DNA from: Sphyrna mokarran
Taxonomy: Eukaryota
NCBI GenBank assembly: GCA_024679065.1
Contig: JAGIQG010000028.1
Span: forward strand, 22,816,001 to 22,880,000
Length of the DNA: 64,000 nucleotides
Reading direction: 5' to 3'
Numbering within the stretch: the first letter of the stretch is position 1; each line of letters starts with the position of its first letter. Made by a program: the position numbers and the translations under genes. The notes below the pieces were generated by a model. The model searched no databases, was not told the origin of the DNA, and was given only the letters and a program-made list of their open reading frames with translations. Positions 23,590-36,726 of the stretch are shown here, piece after piece.

Positions 23590-24780
23590 CATAGATCCAA
23601 GGGTTGAGCTACGAGGAGAGAACATAAAGATGAGGGTTGCATTCCCAATAATTTCAAAGGTTATGCACTGATTTAGTTGAAACTCAAGATATTAAAGGAA
23701 ACCTGTAGCATACTTTTGGGGAAAAGATTTCTGTTCGTTGTAGAGTGTCGGACCAGGAGACAGAGTGTAAAAATTTGAGCTAATCCTTTCAAAGGTGAAA
23801 TTAAAAAACATTTCTTCATGCACAGACTGACAGCAGTTTGGATCTCTCTTCTGCAAATGGAAATTGACACGAGATCAATTAATTTTTAAAACTAAGATTG
23901 ATAGGTATTTGTTAGCCAAAGGTATTAAGGTAAACAGAGCAAAGACAAGTAAGGGCTAGTTTGCAGATTAGTAAGGATCTGATTGAATGGTAGAACAGGT
24001 TTTGAGGAGCCAATAACTTGCTCTCGTTCCTATCATAGATGACCATTTGCTGTGTCACAGAATTTGTGCAGCAGAACCTGAGAGAAGCATGCTACACAGA
24101 ATAACTGCCATGTAATAATCACTGCATGCAGATATAGTTAGAACATACTTTGTAGGAGGTTCACACATGGTATGCAACCTTCAGCCTGAAGAAGACCAAG
24201 TCATAGAAACTAGAAGCAGGAGTAGGCCATTCGGTCCTTCAAGCATCCCTCGCCATTCGTTTTGATCATGGCTAGTCATCAAATTCAATATCCTGATTTT
24301 TTTTTTCCTCCATATCCCTTGATCCTTTATCCCCAAGAGATGTATCTAATTTCTTCCTGAAATCAGACAATGTTTGGCCTCAACTACATTCCGTGGTAGT
24401 GAATTCCTCATATTTATCACCTTCTGGGTGTAAACGTTTCTCCTCCTGTCATGTCATTCTAAAAGTTTTACCCCTTATCCTCAAACTATAATCGCTCCCC
24501 TGGGCTCCTCCACCATTGGGAATATTCTTTCTGAATCTACCTGTCAAACCCTGTTAGAATTTTGTAAGTTTCTGTGAGATTTCCTCTCACTATTCTAAAC
24601 TCCAATGAATATAATCCTAACTGCCTTAGTCTGTCCTCATATGACAGACCTGCCATCCCAGAAGTCAGTTTAGGAAGCTTTTGCTGCACTCCCTCCATAG
24701 TAACAACATCTTTCCTCCGATAAGGATGTCAAAACTGCACACGATATTCCAGGTGTGGCCTAGCAAGATCCCTGCGGAAC
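23590..24780. mobile_element. CR1-type LINE fragments (+ at about 23590-24035, - at about 24200-24780)
   Basis: CR1 3' tails (GAATGG..GAACAGG; reverse AGAAGCAGGAGTAGGCCATTCGG) and degenerate ORF2 end. Confidence 0.75.
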
Positions 24781-27778
24781 CCCACTATTCAACTGCTAAT
24801 CAGAAAAAGACCCATTTATGTCAAATCTTTAGGCAATATGTATTGTGCGCCATGAACCACCACATTCCTAATAGCAAAAAACTACTGTCACCAGAGGAGA
24901 CTACAAGTCTGTATCTGCCCAATCATGGAATACACCATTTTTGCTTGGGCTCAGTACAGTCGAAGCCAAGCAAACCAGTGGAATTATCGAGTTTGAGCTT
25001 CAATCCAAAGTCAAATTTAAAAAATGTAGGAAGCAGCACTACAAGAATTGTTATTGCTTCAGCCATATCAAATACATTCATCTACCAGTGTGCCAATGGC
25101 AAGTATTGATGCATCATTCTAGCCTGTGGAACTCAAATAGTTTAATCACTTAGGCCATTGACCCTTGAATGCAGAATTAGGAAGAAACTTAATCAAACAG
25201 GGTGATAGAGCCAACATAAAAAAAGTTTGACATTTGCAACAATGCAGTTTCTCCAGGATTTCTTTTAAAAAGGTTTCAGCAGTTAGATCTTTGTGGGACA
25301 TCAGTTCTTGTTCTAGCTTTTGGTGCACACTCGTTTTGCCTCTCAAAGCGCACAAGTTTCCATTGTTCACTACATGGATCATATTTACCTTCAATTAACA
25401 GCAAATATTAGGGTAAGTGAAGTTTACATTATGCAGTGTACACCAAGGATTGTGTCAATCAATACTTTTGCCAAGTTGCTTCAAGTAACAACCTAAGTGT
25501 GAGTACCAAGCAGTCTGGGCAAGTAGTTTTGCTCCCCTGCCTGTTACTATGTCTTTCTTAACAAAAATTTGTGAAAGGCAGCATACCTCATTAATCCTGC
25601 AGTGTAACTGGGAAGTTTCTACTGTGCCAACAGCTACAGCTGGTGTTATTGTACTGCCAATAAACAACTCTGCAGCATTAGTCAGCAAGATTTTTTTGTA
25701 TGTTAAACCTCAGCTGTTTCTAATCTGCTAACAGGAAAAAGGCTAGCATAACAGGAAGAGAGAGTTATAAAACGTAACAAACAAGGAAAACAAACCATAA
25801 TCAGAAGATAGTACAGATTACTGGAGAACTAAATACATTTTTTATTATAAAAACATATATACTTGTTTATAACTAGAGCTGTTACTCTGGGACATAAAAG
25901 GACAGATGGCTGGAATTGGGAGTCATTCATTGATCCCCCGCCCTACACTAACACATCCAAAATTGTTAAAAACTCTGATGTTTGGTGCTGTTGCTTAATG
26001 TTCATTGATGGAGAAAGCGGGGTGAATCCAAACACTGAAAAGGTACACCAACATTTTGGCCTGGATTGTCCTTTGTCTTATAATTGAACTTACCTACTCT
26101 TGTAACTGGCACAAGCCAACTAGGTAATTCTTCAAACTTATTAAGCTTCAACTTTTATATCAAACATTAGATATTTTTATTAGGAAGTGATAAGACAGCA
26201 TAACCCAGGAGACAGTCTCTGCATAGTATGAACATCTTTACATTTGTTCCTGCAGTGAATTGGAGGGACAGCAATCTGACAAGGCCTCTCATAGGTATGT
26301 CTTGCTCTTTGATTGGGAGGCAGCTTGCCAAGTAACTGAAACATTTTCTGTGCTGTGGATAGTTTATAAAGTAAGACTTGCAATGCTGAACTTGTCATGT
26401 TGAGAAAACAGATTTGAAGTGGAAGACGTTGGTTTTGGTCAAAATGTTGAGGCTCGAACAAATACGGAGGTTTTGGCTTGTTGAAGTTCAGGTCAGCACA
26501 AAGCCTGGCTATCTGTTATTGAGACAAAAAAAAAGACCTTGGCGAGTATCGCAAGGGTGTCCATCCAGCGCATTTGGAGCAATATGTGTTAGCATTTTAA
26601 GGATCAGGATCCCAAATTGTGGGTTGAATTCATTTGGATGGATTGTCAATCAACTTTGCAATTTGAGATTTATTTTAGTTCATTCCTGGAAATGGACACA
26701 GCTAGCAAGGCTAAGAGAAGGTGGTGTTGAATCACTGTCTTGACCTGCTGCAGCCAGTCTGGTGTAAGTACACTCACTGTTCCTTTGGGAAGTTCCCAGG
26801 ATTTTGCTCTAGCAGACTGCAGGATACTGTAAACTAATGACTTAATTATTAGGTTGGGATTTGTAAACAACTGCACTACACCCATTGAACAGTGATTGCC
26901 ATGAGCTCTCACACATCAATATAAGTGTGCTGGATTTATGTGAGCTAATTGCAGCGCTCCAATTTCAAGTACTGTATGTATTTTGCAGCCCAAACCATGG
27001 CTGCACTATGGGATGAAGAGCACTGGCTTGGAGAATAGCAATGTTTAAACATTGCAATGTATTGGCAGACCAATAGCAGTAATAGAAAATTGATGACTGT
27101 CAAGAACCAATTCAGCTAAGGATATGGTTTAATTGAGCAATAATCTACAAATGAAGAAATATGGGGGTTCATTGGACTTATGGTGGGGCATTGGAACTTA
27201 ATACGTATAAGAAAATTGATATTCAATAGTGTACTTAAAAACACTCAGCTGTTAAGAAACAGCAGTGCTTTCTGGTGGCCATGGTGAAGGAAGTCTTACA
27301 CATTTCAATGCTCTGTCAGGTCAGACACTGTAAATCTTTTCTACCTGAACCAGAGCGGCCTTTTCCCTCCCTTTTCCCAGCCATTCCATGGCCTCTTAAG
27401 TGAGATTGCCAACTGGGGAGAGTGTTTTTGTATTTTATCATCATGCCCCAAGCTTGGTTCACATGGAGTCTTGTGCCCACCTAACAAACTGAGAACTTTC
27501 ATTCCAACTTTCTGGTTCTGGTTTTAAACCCAACGGTCCCAAAGTGGAAGAACATCATCCACTTCATGAGAGGGGTAACAGCCCCATCTCGCGTGTATCC
27601 AACTCCTGTAAAAAGATGATTGGCAGGCAGTTGGAATGTGGTATTGCTGGAATAACTGTCAATACCTTTCATCCAAATATGACACTGATTACATCTCATG
27701 CTGTTTGAATGTGATGCCATGACTTTCATTGTTACAGATTTTTTGTTTTTGTGTGTTTTTCTCTTCCCTTCGTTATAG

Positions 27779-27838
27779 ATTATGATTTTGGAGATGTCTT
27801 TCCTGCAGCACAGTCCATACCCAGCACAGACTGGGAAG
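27779..27838 (+). CDS. PLEKHM2: PLEKHM2 exon 7 (60-nt symmetric exon; second W-acidic motif TDWE)
   Basis: (D)YDFGDVFPAAQSIPSTDWE matches recalled human DYDFGDVFPAVPSVPSTDWE; long U-rich acceptor; weak donor GTGGGA; phase 1-1. Confidence 0.93.
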
Positions 27839-28405
27839 GTGGGACTCTCTTAGGCTTGTGTTGCTGCCTGTTGCATGCTCTGTCCCTAACGCTGTCTGTC
27901 TCACTCACTGCATGCCAGTCAGGGCTGCTTCCAGTGGTTGTGTTCATGTGCATTTGGTGTTGGACAGAGGAAAAGAAATGGCTGAAATCATGAACTGAAG
28001 TCTTTAACATGATTATACTTCATAATTCTGTGGTGATGGCTTTCACATTGTAATCAGAACTAGTATAATCTGGCTGTTTTGCAGAAATCTTAATTGCAGC
28101 ACATGCATTTTTGGACAATAAATGCAACTATAGTAGTTTCTTTTGCATTTGAAGAATATATATTTTTTAATTCCATTGTGTAGCACAACTGTAACTAACA
28201 TCTCTGACAGACAACTAGAACCTGAGAGCCATTGTAGAGAACAAAACCAGATCTTGACAATACTGAACCTCTCTGACTTGGCATAGATTTCCTTTAACAA
28301 ACCTATCTTGCCTGTAAGAGTCACTCATTTTGCCCAATTACTAAAGATCAATAGGTATTCTGTAATTTTGTGTTTTGACTTTGGCTCACCAAGTGTAATC
28401 ATATA

Positions 28406-28640
28406 CAATCCTACAGTGCAGAAGGAGATATTCGGCCTGTCGAGTCTGCACTGAGCACAATTTCACTCGGGGCCTATTCCCATAACCCCATGCATTTCCC
28501 TAGCTAGGCCCCCTGATATTAAGGGGCAATTTAGCATGGCCAATTCACCTAACCTACACATCTTTGGACTGTGTGAGGAAACCAGAGAACCTGGAGGAAA
28601 ACCCATGGGAAGAATGTGCAAACTCCACACAGACAGTGAC
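28406..28640 (-). mobile_element. HE1-like V-SINE, tail A (5'-truncated)
   Basis: Reverse-complement match to the other copies. Confidence 0.8.
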
Positions 28641-30357
28641 GTAGTATTCAGGGATAACTTTTTTCACTTTGAATTTACTCCATTTTCATTTCAGTTGTAT
28701 TTTTAATATAGAACTGTTGCCCAAAAGTTTAGAAACCTGTGTATTGCTTAACATAATGCAGTTTCTGTTTCGCCTCCTTTTTCTTATGTTGAAATAAGCC
28801 CAGCTCACCAATGCTGAGAATCTATGTGGATGTAGTTCTTTTTAGGACATTTTTGTTGTGAAGGTCCTTTGATGAAGTGTGGCAAAGTAACCAACCTGGA
28901 CTGACCCAAGGCGTTCCATAATGTCGCCCTTTTGCAATCTCACCCTGTGCTGTTTCCTTTCTGCCAAATTGATTCGCATTTCATGTCATTGGGACTTGAG
29001 AAGAGTAACTGGATCTTCACAATCAAAGCACAAGTTATTATGCTCAAACTCTTGGAAAGATGGCTCCATCTTTCCATGTTGTTTATGGTTTTTCAGGACC
29101 AGTGTTCCTGGAGGGAGCAAGAGAATTTCACCATTAGATGGATCATCAAACTAAAGTCTCACACTACCAGAAATATATATTGAGATACCATGAGATTTTT
29201 ATTCACTTTGCTTCAGTTCTGCTTCAAGTATATGTTTGGAAATTCTGCCACGTGCAACACCAGCTTAGAGCTGGTTGATTCTAGGTGTGAGAATTGAGAT
29301 TTGTGGTCATCAGTCAACTCTTGGCCTTTATAAATACCAGTGCTGATAATCTCCAACCACCACTACAACACTCTCCCCCCACCACCACCACCACCAATTC
29401 CTTGTTCTTTTCACTTGGCTTCCGAAAGGTTAAATAGTCTAGAACCACCTGACTGTCATCTGCCAAATAACAGGGCAGGCATTTTATGTTGTGGCATTTT
29501 CCTTGATGAGTGTTTGATTCAATAGCAAACAGAAAATAATTTGTATTGTGGCTATGCGTGAATGCCAAGAGATCCTACAACTTGTCCGTTGAAGAAAATG
29601 TCTTCCGGTGCTCATCACCATCCTCAACCTGGAGCTGTAGCATCAGTACTGGCACTTGTGGTGGTGCTGCTGAGTTACTGGCCCTGGCAAAGGCCTGTTG
29701 ATTGTCCACTGCCAGCAAAATGCCAACCCAGTGTCACACTGGCTACTGGAGCAGAATCAGTTCCTGCTTTCACTCCTGGTAACAAAACTTCCAGCTCCTT
29801 TTGAAAAATTTAGCCTTCCAGAGCATGAATAAGAGAAGTTGGTGAGTGGAATCTTCAGAACCTTTGGTTGCTATCACTGTTGGCTTTTTTTTGTTTTCTA
29901 TTCTTCATCCAGCCAAATTGCCTGTGCTATCTACAATGGAGCTTTTTATTAGATCTATGTTGCTTTGTTTATTGTACATCATGGTTCCCTCATTAGATCT
30001 GAGACATTACTAAACACTGAAAAAGTATTCTATTTGGATTGGAGCCTTCTACTTCCGCAGAAGAGATATTTAAAGCAGAATGTCTATTCTCATAATTGGA
30101 GATAACCATCTATTGTTGATGCTGGTGTTAAGTGAATGGATATGTAGTCCTCAGTATAGGATTACAGAGTTCTAAATGATCGTGTGCGGTGAGCTGGACT
30201 ATACACTAATTTTCAGTCTTGCTTAAAATGCTGCTTCTGATAACCCTATTCTCTTTGCCAATTTGATAATGTAAGAAAATATATACTTTCGTTTAAATGA
30301 AAATATCCCAGAAATAAACGTTGGTTTCTACACTTTTTTTGTACTTATTTTCAATAG

Positions 30358-30592
30358 AGGGTGAATTGACAGACACAGTCAGCAGCTGCCCTCGATCTGG
30401 AACCTCTGAGAGTCTGCCATCGAACAGCAAGCCCAACACCAAGAGCCCAACTCTACGCTACAATCCCTTCAATAATGAGAAAGAGGAGTCTCTGCAAACG
30501 CCAAATGGCACCGTTGTGCCATGTCCTGAGCCTGCCAGAGAGGCGAGCACACCAGATCTCCAGGAGAGCAGCACAGAGCTTGAAGTAATTAG
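30358..30592 (+). CDS. PLEKHM2: PLEKHM2 exon 8
   Basis: (E)GELTDTVSSCPRS...KSPTLRYNPFNNE...STELEVI(R); conserved GxLTDTVS, NPF and TELEVIR; AG/GTCAGC. Confidence 0.93.
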
Positions 30593-31561
30593 GTCAGCCA
30601 TTATGATTAGGACTTGATTGAGGAGGTGGCGTGTGATTTAACTTTCACTAGGAAATTTACGTTCTCATTTTGATCCCTGTCTCCTAAAGAGGTGGCATTA
30701 ACTTTCATGTTGCTTTGTTTGACTTTAGGTAGTGACAGAGTATTGTTCTTCCCAGAACAATACTAATATTTTTGCTAATATTTACCTCCCAACTAACATC
30801 ACACTTTTTTTTAAGAAGTCTGATCACATTGCTACTTATGTGAGCTGACTTTTTGCAAGTTGCCCATATTATACCAATGACTATACTTCAAAATAAGTAC
30901 TTAATTTGCTATAAGGTGCTTCGGGATGCTCTAAGGTTGTGAATGGTGCTGCATAAATGTAGGTCTTTTTTTTAACCCTGTGCCACAGCTGTCAGTTGTA
31001 ACTCCCCTGGATCTGTGTGGACTAGTTTGTGAAGAGCTGTGGTCCTCAAATATTTGTTTAGTGTACATCATAAATATTGTAAGATGCCTGTCCACTACTA
31101 AAAGGCAGAATCCAATATGTTTGGAAGTGAATGTAAGCCCACCGTTTATTGTGCACTGAGCGAGTATAACCATGTACTATGCTGCTCTACAGTCCTTGAT
31201 ATCTGCTAGATTATACTTGCTTTCTGAATTGTCGTCTTTCCATAATAAAATGTATAGTCAAAGGGTTCTGTCTATAAACTAGGAGTGTTCTGCCAATCTT
31301 GATTGGACAGTACCAGTGTTCCACTGACTGTCGCGTGGCAAAACACCTTGAGAACAAGACTAATCTTTGACTTCACTTTAAAATTAATTTTTCTATCTTA
31401 AAAGAGTATTTTCATTTTTATCTGTGATTTAGGAAGAGTTCAGCAAGCATACGCCATTGATTGCCTTCTTTCGTTCTCTTGTTGTGTTTCAGATCAGTTG
31501 ATTCTGAATGCCCTTCGATACTTGTTGCTGATTCTAATTGTTTGTGATTTCAACTCCACAG

Positions 31562-32413
31562 ATTAGCAAAGAAGAGGAGAACTCCTAAAAAGAAAAGAGC
31601 AAAATCTGAGGAACAGACTCTTGATGCTAAAAATGCAGATGTACAGCTATCAACAGAGGAAGGTGTCAAGTCCAAGCAGGGTAGTGATTCCGAAGAGCAG
31701 AGTGATGAAATGGGTTTACAGAAGTCCCAAGGGATTGCTGCTGGTGAGGAGAGTTGCAGCTCCCAGGACAGGATGTTACAGCTGACGCATAGAGAATCTG
31801 ATGTGGATGCCCCCCAGCCAAGTCTGCTAATACCACAGATGAAGGATACGTCTATGAACAGTGTAGGGAATCCTTTAAGCAAGGTTGTGGAGCAGCTCAA
31901 TGGCACGTTGGATGCCAACACGTGGATGTTAGATGGTAATCATCCTGAGCAGCCCTTTCGGACTTCTGCCCCGGGGGAAGCCCCGGATGAATCTTCATAT
32001 AGCCAGTATAGTGAGCGGTTGTCACCTGCCGTGGATTTCTACAGGTTTGCCCTCGAGAGTCCAGGTGCTGGTGCAACAGGTAGCTGCAACTATGACCTTG
32101 CAGGGGATGGCCAACCAGCGCATGTTTTTAGTGGCCATGAGATTGTTGGCACAGAAGCGTGCAAAGGAGAAAAAATCCCTGACGCTCTAGAGGAACCACA
32201 AACAACAGAGAAAGCTGCTGGCCCAGATTGCCACAGAACAGAAAACACAGACGCTCTTACAGAACAAGATAACCTGGCTGACATTGAAACCGGCAAGGTG
32301 TCAGAAACGAATGTGGAGCAATTGGAAATTCAGATTTCAACCTCTGAGGGTGCAGACAAAGAAGAGAAAGCTCAAAGTAGCCCCTCAGAACTAACTCATT
32401 CTGCTGACTTCAG
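31562..32413 (+). CDS. PLEKHM2: PLEKHM2 exon 9 (large, acidic, probably disordered linker)
   Basis: 852-nt open exon LAKKRRTPKKKRAKS...LLIPQMKDTSM...PLSKVVEQLNGTLD...DFYRF...SPSELTHSADF(R); includes ORF 31710..32417; AG/GTAAAG. Confidence 0.95.
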
Positions 32414-33189
32414 GTAAAGTAGTGTGTTTAGTCATAACTGGAAATATAATATTTTCTAAAGTGCAAAGGAAATTAAGTTTAGTATTTGCCTAATGAAGCT
32501 ATAACTCACCATGACACTCTTAACTGCTACAAATACTCCATGGATACTCTTTAGGCTTATATTTATGTCCCTCATCTCTGTATTTGACATTGGAATATTC
32601 AGTTCACAGGAAGTGTTTTGATGCCCTTTGTTCCAGTTTTCAATCAGTTGATTTTTTTCATAAAATGTACAGCTAAAATCCTGAAAATACCAAAATTAAG
32701 TCAGCCAGAATGACAGGACTGGAGAAGGTAGTTGCAGTCCATCTGGCTGTTGCTAATGTTCCTCAAAATCCCACATGATGCTTCTTCTTTCATCAAAAAC
32801 CTATTCACCTCCCTCTTGAAGCTGCTGATGCTTTTTGTCTCCATTTTCTGTGTTATCAGTCTGCCCCACACATTCTAATCTGTAATGTAGTTTGTGTATC
32901 TGTTGAATTTCTCAGTTCCATCTCTGATTTCAATCAGTTAAGAGGAATAAACTAAATCTCTAAAGATTTAGGAGCCTAGTGCATTGTATTAAACCTTGGC
33001 TTTTCACTTCTGCAACCTAGGTTTGAGTGCAGCTCAGACTGATAGAGTGAAAGTACCCTTTTGTGTCTGGCTATAAAAATCCTACATGGAACACATTTTT
33101 GGGTAATATTTTAAAAAATTGTCACAAATTGACAACCTTTCTTGGAGCGGGGACAAGATTATTGTTGTGAAAAGATGTTATAATATGGC

Positions 33190-36040
33190 AGAGTGGACAA
33201 AATTTTTAACTCTGCATTTAGCTATGCTTTGTGTAAATGGAGCATGTTGGGGGACATCACAAGAATAATCATAATAGTGAGGAGAAATTCACAATTTAAA
33301 AAAAACCTAACTGGAAGAGGGCTAATTTTATCAAATTTGAGGAGGAGCCTGGCTCTGGTAAATTGGAGTCAAAGACTAGCGGCCAGAAGTGTTCTGTAAC
33401 AATTAGAGGTCTTTAATGAGGACAAGGTTCAGGTACCATTTTAGGAACATTTGATGAAAGAGAGAGCAACCAAAGCGAGAGCTCTCTGACTAAGCAATTA
33501 GAAAGTAAGAGAAAGAATGAGCTGTGACAGCCAACAACTTGATGGTGCAGGGAAAATCAGACTAAATGTTAGGGGCAAATGAAAAAAGAAATAAAAGGAC
33601 CAGAAAAAGACAATATAAGAATAGATTAGTGGAAAGCATAAAAGGGAACCCAAATGTAATCTTATGGCATATTAACAGTAAAATGGTTATCAAAGGAGTG
33701 GTAGGGCTGATTTACGACCAAAATGAGGAACTGCTGGTGAAGGTAGAAAGCGTGGCTAAAGTACTAAATAAGTACTTTGCCTTTGTGTTCACTGATTGTT
33801 ACAGTCTTCTTGGGGAATGTTAACATTTAAAGAATTCCAACCATCCAGCAATTAACTGACAGAACCTACACCACAGGATTTCACTTTTTAAACAAAAAAC
33901 ATCTTTATTCTACATCAAAAAGAGTTAAAATAAGCACTATTAACTTTATAATATAGTTTATGAAGACCTGTGCGATAAACTCTCTTACTCCTCCTTCCTA
34001 CCTCCAAGAGTTCTGTTAGCTTATTAGATCTTGAAGGTTCATTCACTTTTCCTGGGACCCAAAAGATATTCTATATACCATCTCCCTCCAGCATTTAGTT
34101 CTCAATGTCCAGCTATGTTGCCAAGGTAAAATGTTATGGAGATCCGTCCATTAGCTGTTTGGCTATGTGACCCTCTACTTTTTCTTTACTGGCCTTGTGA
34201 CTGTAGATACCCCACCTCCTTGCTCGGGTTGCTACCTTGTATTGAATTGCCTTCCTACAGCTCCCCAAACTTGCTGACTGCTCTCTGCCACACAGCTCTG
34301 TGAGGACCACTGTAGGTTTCTCCCTCTTCAAACTAGTCAAATCTCCCAACTGTTTTTTCCCATGCAAAATCCAAACTGAAATAGAATCCTATTTGCACTC
34401 CACAAGGTGAACAATAAAGTCAGTACTTTCCATGCTTCAAATGCAGGTCAACTGACTATTTGGTGTTCTCAATCCGGTGAGATGCAACCTTCACCACATC
34501 AAAACTATAACTGTTTCTACCTGTTCCCAAACTGACCTGCCTGCTTTTGTCAGTAAACACATGCAGTTAAACAGAGAAACTTTCCACCCCACACCCTCTC
34601 TCCATGACATAATAGCATACTCTTGGATACTCTCAAACAGAAAAGTAAACTAATCATTTTGCCTTCCATTCCACTCTCTGATTCTGTAACCCAAACGAAT
34701 AAATTCTATTCTTAACGGTGCTTTACAACCCTCTTTCATAGAACTGGTAGCTTTAACTTTTACATAGACAGTGATAGGCACCTGGCTCTGCCAAGAGGTC
34801 TAGAAATCCAGAAAGTCTAAGAGAATTTCACAGTAACTTAATTGCAGTGTTAAAGTAAGCCTCACTTGTGACTAATAAATTAACTTTAGAAATAGATCAT
34901 CTATTGTTCAGTGTTTATAATTCATCATATTCTGAAAAATGAATTATACACTAGTCACAATACACAGCAGATAAGTTTTCAAAGCTATGGTCAATTAGAT
35001 TATTGGGATACCGAATGAACTAAGAATAAATAGAGGGGGTACGAGGAGCTACTACGCCTGTGTGAAATTTGTATGTTCTCCCCTTGTCTGCATGAGTTTC
35101 CTCCAGATGCTCCGGTTTCATCCAATAGTCCAAAGATGTGCGGGTTAGGTGAATTGGCCATGCTAAATTGCCGCTTAGTGTCAGGGACTGGCTAGGATAA
35201 ATGCATGGATTATGGAGATAGGACCTGGGTGGGATTGTTGTCGATGCAGACTCGATGGGCCAAATGGCTTCCATCTGCACTGTAGGATTCTATGAAAGCT
35301 GGAATACTAAAAATAGATAAATCGCCCAGTCTGGATAGAAATTGCAGAGGCTCCAATCCTCCTTAAATACAAAGATAATGTCAAAAGGTTGCAGGAGTGT
35401 GAGAGGCACACTATAATTTTAAAAGAGGGTAAATCTGAAATTATAGGCCAGTTAGTTTAACATCAGTGACAGGGAAGCTATAAAGAAACAATAATTTGGG
35501 AAACAATTACTAGTCACTTGAACAAGCATGGTATAATAAAGGAGACTCTGCTGATTTATCGGGGTAAATCATGTTTGGATAACTAGATTTTATTTTTGAC
35601 CTGACAGTACAATTGTTGGACTTTTAATAGGCATTTGAAGTGCCAAATATTAGGCTAATAAAATTGAAGCCTATGGATAAATGGAACAGTAGCAGCATAG
35701 ATGCAAATTGACTAAGGGATAAAAAAGCAATTGTGGTGAATATCTGGTTTTTTTGCCTATACTATGATCACTGTTGTTTTTAATATATTAATGACCTGGG
35801 TGTGGGTGTACAGGCAATTTCAAAATTTGAAAACTTGCTCCGTGTGGAAGTCTGGTTTAAAAAGTGAGGAAGGAAGCAACGGACTTCAAACAGACATTCG
35901 CTCATGAAATGGGTGGGCACATGGCAGATGAAAAGTGAGATGATAGAGAAGACTAAACAGAGATTTGGTCAGCATATTAAGCTTTGTAGCTGAATTGTCA
36001 ATAACCAGAGGACAAAGTGATTGGCAAAACTGCCCAAAGT
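33190..36040 (+). mobile_element. Long decayed CR1 LINE, interrupted by an unrelated insert (about 33797-34959) and a SINE (35056-35294)
   Basis: ORF 33566 IKGNPNV...INSK...AKVLNKYFAFVFT is CR1 ORF2-like; RT-like DNA resumes near 35300 (AATTATAGGCCAGTTAGTTTAACATCAG = NYRPVSLTS). Confidence 0.75.
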
Positions 36041-36726
36041 GGCATATAATGTTACAGTCATTGCTAGGATGTAAAGAAAGGTCAACTTAATGCAGGTTAA
36101 ATCTGTTCAAAACTCAAATGGCAGTAGGGAAGAAGCTGTTCTTGAATTGGTTGGTATGTGATTTCAGACTTCTCTATCTTCCTTGCTGTACTAGGGTTTG
36201 TAAGATTTGCAACTATGTTTTGCCCAATTAACTTTCCTTTTTTTATTTCCCCACCTCCATCTCTACCTTGTGTCTGCCTCAGTGTAATCTCTGAATTACC
36301 ACCTCTGGACCCCAAGTTCTAACATTCAGGCAGTTTGCGAGTGACCTATTCATCTCTGTTGTCACATAGCAAGTGAAAGTAGCCTGTGAATTCTTGGAGC
36401 TTTTTTTGTTCTGAAAACAGCATCATATAAACGTGCAACAGATTCGAGGGAAATCAAATTTGAATTCTTCATGTTTTCTCTGGTAGAAATATCGTATCAC
36501 GTATAATTTTTGATGTACTCAAGAACAACTTCTTCCCTGCTGCCATCAGATTTTTGAATGGTCCTATCACATATTAAGCTACTCCTACCCTTCGCCCTAT
36601 TGGTAACTGTAACACTATATTCTGCGCCCTATCCTTCTCCCCTATATACTCTATGAATAGTGTGTTTTGACTGTAAAGTATGCAAGAAATGATATTTGTC
36701 ACACATATTGGGATACAGTGAAGATA

